A stretch of DNA of 62,278 nucleotides, the filler included, from Vannella sp. (lineage: Eukaryota): assembly GCA_023345925.1 (NCBI GenBank). It is 9 parts of 9 records of this genome, joined end to end, with 100 filler letters (N's around TTAATTAATTAA, not from the genome) between each part and the next. Parts side by side here need not be neighbours in the genome. Positions count along the whole stretch, not along the records: positions 53,655 to 60,502 come from JAJQQN010000988.1; positions 60,603 to 62,278 come from JAJQQN010000217.1; 7 more parts are not named here. One strand, 5' to 3'. Positions 56,133-62,278 of the stretch are shown here, in pieces (position 1 is the stretch's first letter; every line of letters begins with the position of its first letter). The position numbers and the translations under genes are program-made. The notes under the pieces are model-generated. The model was given only the letters and a program-made list of their open reading frames with translations. It made no database searches and was not told the origin of the DNA.

Positions 56133-59100
56133 TCACAGGAATCGTCGTTTCTTTGGCTTCTTTGCGTCTGTTTCGGTGTCTTTGGAGCGGAGGGTGTAAT
56201 AATTGATGTTTCCTGCTTCGAAAAGAGACTTGTCTTTGTTGTTGGCAGCCTCTATGAAGCCAAGAGAAAGGAGTTCTTGAGCCAATGCAAACGGGTCTGT
56301 ACTGCTCATCACAGGGTCTGACGCGATGTACTCGTTGAACCACGTGCAAGCCTCTGTTCCAGAAAAACTGTTCGGTAGCATCTTCTTCTTGACGATGTGT
56401 GGGGCCAGTTTGATGCCAGTCTCTGGATCTGACATCTTCTTGAGGATATCTTGGGCTTTTTCGGGAGTAAGGAGGTCTCCTGAAGCCCGTGGAGTGGAAG
56501 AGTTCCCGTTACCAAAGAATTTGCCTAATCTGTCTCGGCTTCTGGAGCGGGAGTGTTTTAGGGTTCTCTTGTTTGGGCTAAGAGGAGCGTCTTCTCCGTC
56601 TCCAGGGGTGACAGGTTGTCCATTATTCACGTTGGTGAGAGAAAGAGACACTCCATGGCTTGTCTCTTCAGATTCGGAGAATTTTTGGGGATTATCTGGG
56701 GAATGAGGAGGCTTGTCTTCCTCAGGAGAGAGTGAAGGACTACTATTGCGGTCCCTGCCCGCTTTCGTTAAGCGTTCAATAGATTCGTCTCCTGAAGGTT
56801 CTCCAGCAGCTCTGGGGGAAACAGTTGTTCCACGGTCTCCAGGCTCAAGAGATGCGGCGCCAGCATTATTGTTATCCACCTCATGAGTGAGACCCTCTTG
56901 TACTGAAGAGGCATGATCCGGGTGAGATAGCTCACGGGCTGAGGCAGGAGTTTCCTTCTTATTCAGAGAGCCGAAAGAGTTTGAATGCACCATTGCTGGG
57001 ACAGGAGCAACGAATCCAGAAGATGCTTGGGTTCTTGTATGGGTAATTGAAGCATTTGGATGACGTAGGTTGCTCCTGATTTTCTTTTCTTTGCCCCTGG
57101 CTGTCTTTGGTCTCTTCTCCTTGATTTTGCGAGCAACAGGGAAGTTCGGATTCTCGATTCCTCCCATTCTGCTGGCAACCAGTGCCTGAACCGAAGCAAC
57201 ATCCATTTCAGGCTGACCTTCCGTTGAGCGAACGGATGTTGCAGATGTCGAGGTAACTGGAACCTCATTGGCCTTGGCAGTTGCTTCATCAAAAAGAGAC
57301 TGCCGGTGAAGACCATCTGTCTTCTCAATTGACAGCCGATACATGCCTGTCTCTTCAAAAGCAGGAGGGAACACCCCATTCAGGGTTACGAGAAATCCAC
57401 GTGCCACAAAATCCATAAATGTTTGTTGGGCTAGTGACTCACTGTACTGCTTAGTTATAACAAACCAACTGACGAACTTCTTCCCCGAGAAGAGTTTGCA
57501 CTTCTGGTTGTTCAGGCGGATGTCAGATCTCTTAATACCAGTCTGAGGATGACAGATTTCCAGCAGCAGTGCTACCGCAGCGTGGGTTTCTACTAGAACA
57601 GGGTCAAACTCTGCTGCCTCGTTGGTAACAGCATCATCATCTTGAGCTTTAGCCTCTCCAGCCCGCTCGAAAAGAATTGGTCCAGATGGTTTGTCAGCAG
57701 GGCCAGTGACAGTTGCGCGTCGGGAGTCATTACGAGATTCTCCACCATCAGAGTAAATGGAAGTGCTCCGCTTTGACTTCTGAAGGGCGCACAGCTCCAG
57801 GACTTGGGCATTTAAGCAATACAAATTGTTGTGTCGAAGACTTGGCCCTCGTTTCTCCTTGTCACTGGAGTTCTGAATGAAGAACTTTCGGTCAAATAGA
57901 GAAACAACAAATTTGGTCGCGTCTCCTTCAGTGGAGCGCTGGTACTTTGACACCCACTGGATAACCGAGGCTCCTTTCCAGTACATCGTGTTCTTCGTGG
58001 TGATATCCGCTGGGACGCCAGCAAAGGGGTCGAGCATCACACAAAGGGTAGAAAGCTCATCGCGGCCAAGTCCAAGGTCATTGATGAGCACAGATGTCGA
58101 TCCTTGTTTGATAAGGGAGCTGCGGAAAGCTCCTGGCCTCTGCTTTCGACGCTTCTTCACTCTCTCCTCCGCATCAATAAAGATTGTGTCTGGTTGCTTG
58201 GCAATTTGGCGCGGGCGGAGCAGCTCAAACTGGAAGAAAATGTTATCAGCAGCTTCAAAGGCTTCCCGAGGAGTATCTTCAAGAACAGGCACAAGATACT
58301 TTCGTGAATAGAAGCGCGAACACATCTCCAGTGCCTCTTCGCGTGGAATCTTCATGTTATCAGAAAGCCAGAGGACCAACTCAGAGCTGGAAAAGCAGTT
58401 GACACCATTCATCCCTTTCCAGTGTAATCGGTGTCGGATACCGCTGGTCGAGCTTGAAATGGCAATAAGAATGCAGCGATCTTGCCGGTGCTGACTGTCG
58501 GTGAGTTTGGTGGCCTCTCGGAGCTCTCTCTCTTCAACTCCAGGCACTTCCTCCGTAGCAAACTGATACCAGGCTCCATATCTATCTGCGAAGGCGATGT
58601 TCCCCTTGCCGATAGCCTTGAGGTAGTTCTCTCGTAAAAGGATATTTCCTATCTCCAGGGCCGCTCGTCTGTTATTGACCAGACCAATCTGGAGCATGGT
58701 GTTGACGGCTTCGTATCCAGAGAAGCAGTCCGTGAGGATCTCTCCTTTCCAAATGCGGTTGGCCCTGGATAAGTTCGAGTCTGGTAAGAAGAGAGCGCGG
58801 GTAACGGTGTACATCAGCGAGTGGAAGAGCTTGTAGAACTCTGGAATAACTCCATTCCTTGTTTTTTCTTCACACATGGGAAGTATCGATCGGAAGGCAC
58901 TCAAGATAGTGGGTTCTGAGCTGTAAGGCTCAGGGCCTTCGGTTAGATTCGAATCACTCCCTCCAATTCGATTGGGCTCTTGTGCAAAGGAACAGGAGCG
59001 TAAGTCTGCGTCATCCAACCACCAAGCATTTGTATACACGCGAAGCTCTTCTTCTCGAACCTGGAACGAATAGGGAATGCGGTTCCCTTGGAGGAGTTGT

Positions 59101-60500
59101 CCGATGATCTTTCCCACTAAAGAGAGCTTCTCCAAGTTGATTAGGCCGTTGGAGAGCCTCGTAGCGTTTCCTTCATCCGTAAAGAAGAGATCCTTTAAGT
59201 GAGCAGCAATGTATGGGACAACAGGCTGCTGATTTGCCATGCTCCCAGATACAGCACTTCTGTACGCTCGGAAGTTACGCAGTGGGGAGAGACATTGCTC
59301 CACTTGTTGGATGAGCTCAGTATAACGCGCAGGAAGCGCTTCCCAAAGCCTCTTAATGCGTTGAACGGTGCTGTTGTTAAGTCCACAGAGAATCTCCATG
59401 CTCCCGTTGAAGTTCTTCAAGTACAGAAGGCGCGCAGCCAAGTTGATAAACTTCTTAATGACAGCACTTTGGCGCAAAGGGTCCGCTGCCAGCACCTCCG
59501 AAGCCACCCAGTTGGTGACCATGTTAAAGTGAGCAGCGAAATGGACGATGTTTGGGGTCAGAGCAGGCTTGGAGTGGTTCAGATACTCTTCACGAGTGAT
59601 ACGGGAGAGCATCTCTGCCTCAAGTAGAGTGAGGGACTCCGCCATGCTCGTACTTGAGAAGGCCAGAACGCCATCCTCCGGGTAGCCCGGTACCCTCTCA
59701 CCAGGGAAGTGTGCCATCCAGCGAAGAGATCGGGCTATGCTGGGCTCTTCAAGGCAGCGGGCCACGGGACTATCTTGAAGCGTGGCTGTGTGCTTGACCT
59801 TCATCAGGCGGTGCTTCAGTTCGTTGACAAAGTTGGCGCTGCAGTTGCGTGCTGCGAACTCTGTTACAACAGCTACAAGCTCAGGGCCAACGGCTTCGCC
59901 CTCCATGAAGTAGAACAAGAACCTTTCTGTTTGTCGAAGAAGGAAGTCAGGATCTGTGTTGGGCTCTTGTTGGACCGTTGTGTATACGTTAGAGAAGCAA
60001 TCGAACATCTCTCGAGCCCCTGAGGCCAGTTGAAACGACACGAAGAAAGCTTCCAACTCCAGACGATCTACGGGCAGGGTTAGGGCCCGGTGATGGGACA
60101 AAGAGATAGTAAGCTTACTGTTATTCTCAAAGGCTAGCCACTTGACGATCCTCTCGAAGCGAGCAGCACGGAGAACAGGGCGCCCTTTGGTGTCCTCTCC
60201 AAAGAGCTCTTCGACGTCTTGCTCTAACTCGACTGGCGCAAGCTCTTTCAAGATCGAGTCATCATCATCACCTTCTTCTTCTTGGTCTGATCCAAGCGGA
60301 CTGGAACCGAGTTGGGTACGTGGACTTACTGCTGGGGACAAAAGGAACGGTTCCTCCTCCTCGTACGCCTCCAAGGGCTCCGCAATATCACTCATATCTT
60401 CCTCTCCAAGTAGACATGAAGTAGAAGGAGCCTCTGAGTCCATCTCTGACAGGTCCACCTCTCCGACCGTTGGTCCTTCGCCTCCAGCGGGCCCGCTCAT
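56133..60500 (-). CDS. RasGEF (REM + CDC25) with five DEP domains
   Basis: FNMVTNWVASEVL, NFNGSMEILCGL, NFRAYR, VPYI..LKDLFFTDEGN..INLEK; five F/W-S/K-G..V.W-type DEP blocks; probable in-frame 51-nt intron near 60067-60117. Confidence 0.88.
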   Translation of the reverse strand: MSGPAGGEGPTVGEVDLSEMDSEAPSTSCLLGEEDMSDIAEPLEAYEEEEPFLLSPAVSPRTQLGSSPLGSDQEEEGDDDDSILKELAPVELEQDVEELFGEDTKGRPVLRAARFERIVKWLAFENNSKLTISLSHHRALTLPVDRLELEAFFVSFQLASGAREMFDCFSNVYTTVQQEPNTDPDFLLRQTERFLFYFMEGEAVGPELVAVVTEFAARNCSANFVNELKHRLMKVKHTATLQDSPVARCLEEPSIARSLRWMAHFPGERVPGYPEDGVLAFSSTSMAESLTLLEAEMLSRITREEYLNHSKPALTPNIVHFAAHFNMVTNWVASEVLAADPLRQSAVIKKFINLAARLLYLKNFNGSMEILCGLNNSTVQRIKRLWEALPARYTELIQQVEQCLSPLRNFRAYRSAVSGSMANQQPVVPYIAAHLKDLFFTDEGNATRLSNGLINLEKLSLVGKIIGQLLQGNRIPYSFQVREEELRVYTNAWWLDDADLRSCSFAQEPNRIGGSDSNLTEGPEPYSSEPTILSAFRSILPMCEEKTRNGVIPEFYKLFHSLMYTVTRALFLPDSNLSRANRIWKGEILTDCFSGYEAVNTMLQIGLVNNRRAALEIGNILLRENYLKAIGKGNIAFADRYGAWYQFATEEVPGVEERELREATKLTDSQHRQDRCILIAISSSTSGIRHRLHWKGMNGVNCFSSSELVLWLSDNMKIPREEALEMCSRFYSRKYLVPVLEDTPREAFEAADNIFFQFELLRPRQIAKQPDTIFIDAEERVKKRRKQRPGAFRSSLIKQGSTSVLINDLGLGRDELSTLCVMLDPFAGVPADITTKNTMYWKGASVIQWVSKYQRSTEGDATKFVVSLFDRKFFIQNSSDKEKRGPSLRHNNLYCLNAQVLELCALQKSKRSTSIYSDGGESRNDSRRATVTGPADKPSGPILFERAGEAKAQDDDAVTNEAAEFDPVLVETHAAVALLLEICHPQTGIKRSDIRLNNQKCKLFSGKKFVSWFVITKQYSESLAQQTFMDFVARGFLVTLNGVFPPAFEETGMYRLSIEKTDGLHRQSLFDEATAKANEVPVTSTSATSVRSTEGQPEMDVASVQALVASRMGGIENPNFPVARKIKEKRPKTARGKEKKIRSNLRHPNASITHTRTQASSGFVAPVPAMVHSNSFGSLNKKETPASARELSHPDHASSVQEGLTHEVDNNNAGAASLEPGDRGTTVSPRAAGEPSGDESIERLTKAGRDRNSSPSLSPEEDKPPHSPDNPQKFSESEETSHGVSLSLTNVNNGQPVTPGDGEDAPLSPNKRTLKHSRSRSRDRLGKFFGNGNSSTPRASGDLLTPEKAQDILKKMSDPETGIKLAPHIVKKKMLPNSFSGTEACTWFNEYIASDPVMSSTDPFALAQELLSLGFIEAANNKDKSLFEAGNINYYTLRSKDTETDAKKPKKRRFL

Positions 60501-60934
60501 CGNNNNNNNNNNNNNNNNNNNNNNNNNNNNNNNNNNNNNNNNNNNNTTAATTAATTAANNNNNNNNNNNNNNNNNNNNNNNNNNNNNNNNNNNNNNNNNN
60601 NNGGTCATGTCCGAAGAAAATGTGGCCGCCCGGAAATCCCAATTAAGTAGACTGGGTTTCAGAAAAGCCCAAATTTGGTGGTTCTGTGAAGGATTCCATA
60701 AATGGACTCGGTAGGGCTGACGAGCCTGGAGGTCTCTCCCAATCCCAATTGCCCCTTTTCCACCTCATCCCCTCTGAACAGTGAGGATACCTTTCCTTGC
60801 CGTCCATTATCCTTGGATCACTCCAGCTCCAAAGACGCCCGCTGCGGAGTTTCCAGTATGAGTGGTGTCGTAATTTCCCACCAAAAGTAGGGGCCAAAGC
60901 CTTGATGGGCGAGGTTTAGGGATGAGAAAGATTG

Positions 60935-62258
<1,324 letters not shown>

Positions 62259-62278
62259 CGAGACCAAAAGAAATGATC

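Overview
This is eukaryotic nuclear DNA, not a bacterial locus. Nine unrelated contigs are joined by artificial 100-nt linkers (44 N + TTAATTAATTAA + 44 N). The genome is very compact, with ~42-55-nt GT-AG introns carrying CTAAC/CTGAC-like branch points and intergenic gaps of often only 20-150 nt, so the ORF track splits or misses many genes. Gene content (DGAP1-like IQGAP-related RasGAP, TupA/Tup1, TerD, RasGEF-DEP, sedolisin) suggests a free-living protist, probably an amoebozoan; this is an inference. Contigs 2-9 are mostly housekeeping genes: HIBCH, V-ATPase c and G, IMP4, MTR4, TUP1, DBP8, OXA1, RPB4, NOP10, SNU23, mitochondrial HisRS, ATE1 and PCYT2. Contig 1 (1-8097) is different. It has telomere-like and other repeats, decayed RCC1 and HYOU1 gene fragments, and an intact, intronless ~833-aa ORF that joins a Gly/Ser repeat, a virus/Polinton-like tyrosine recombinase and a C2H2 zinc finger. 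That ORF is the best candidate for an undescribed mobile element. Other highlights: a Nudix gene split by an inversion between perfect 10-bp inverted repeats, lying next to a 12-6-12 palindrome; a TM-SMP-MABP-BSD lipid-transfer protein; an ATE1 with an ArgRS-N-like insertion; a RasGEF with five DEP domains; an LRR-FYVE-HR1 protein; and a hypervariable 126-bp TPR array. All calls come from reading motifs by eye; no database searches were run.
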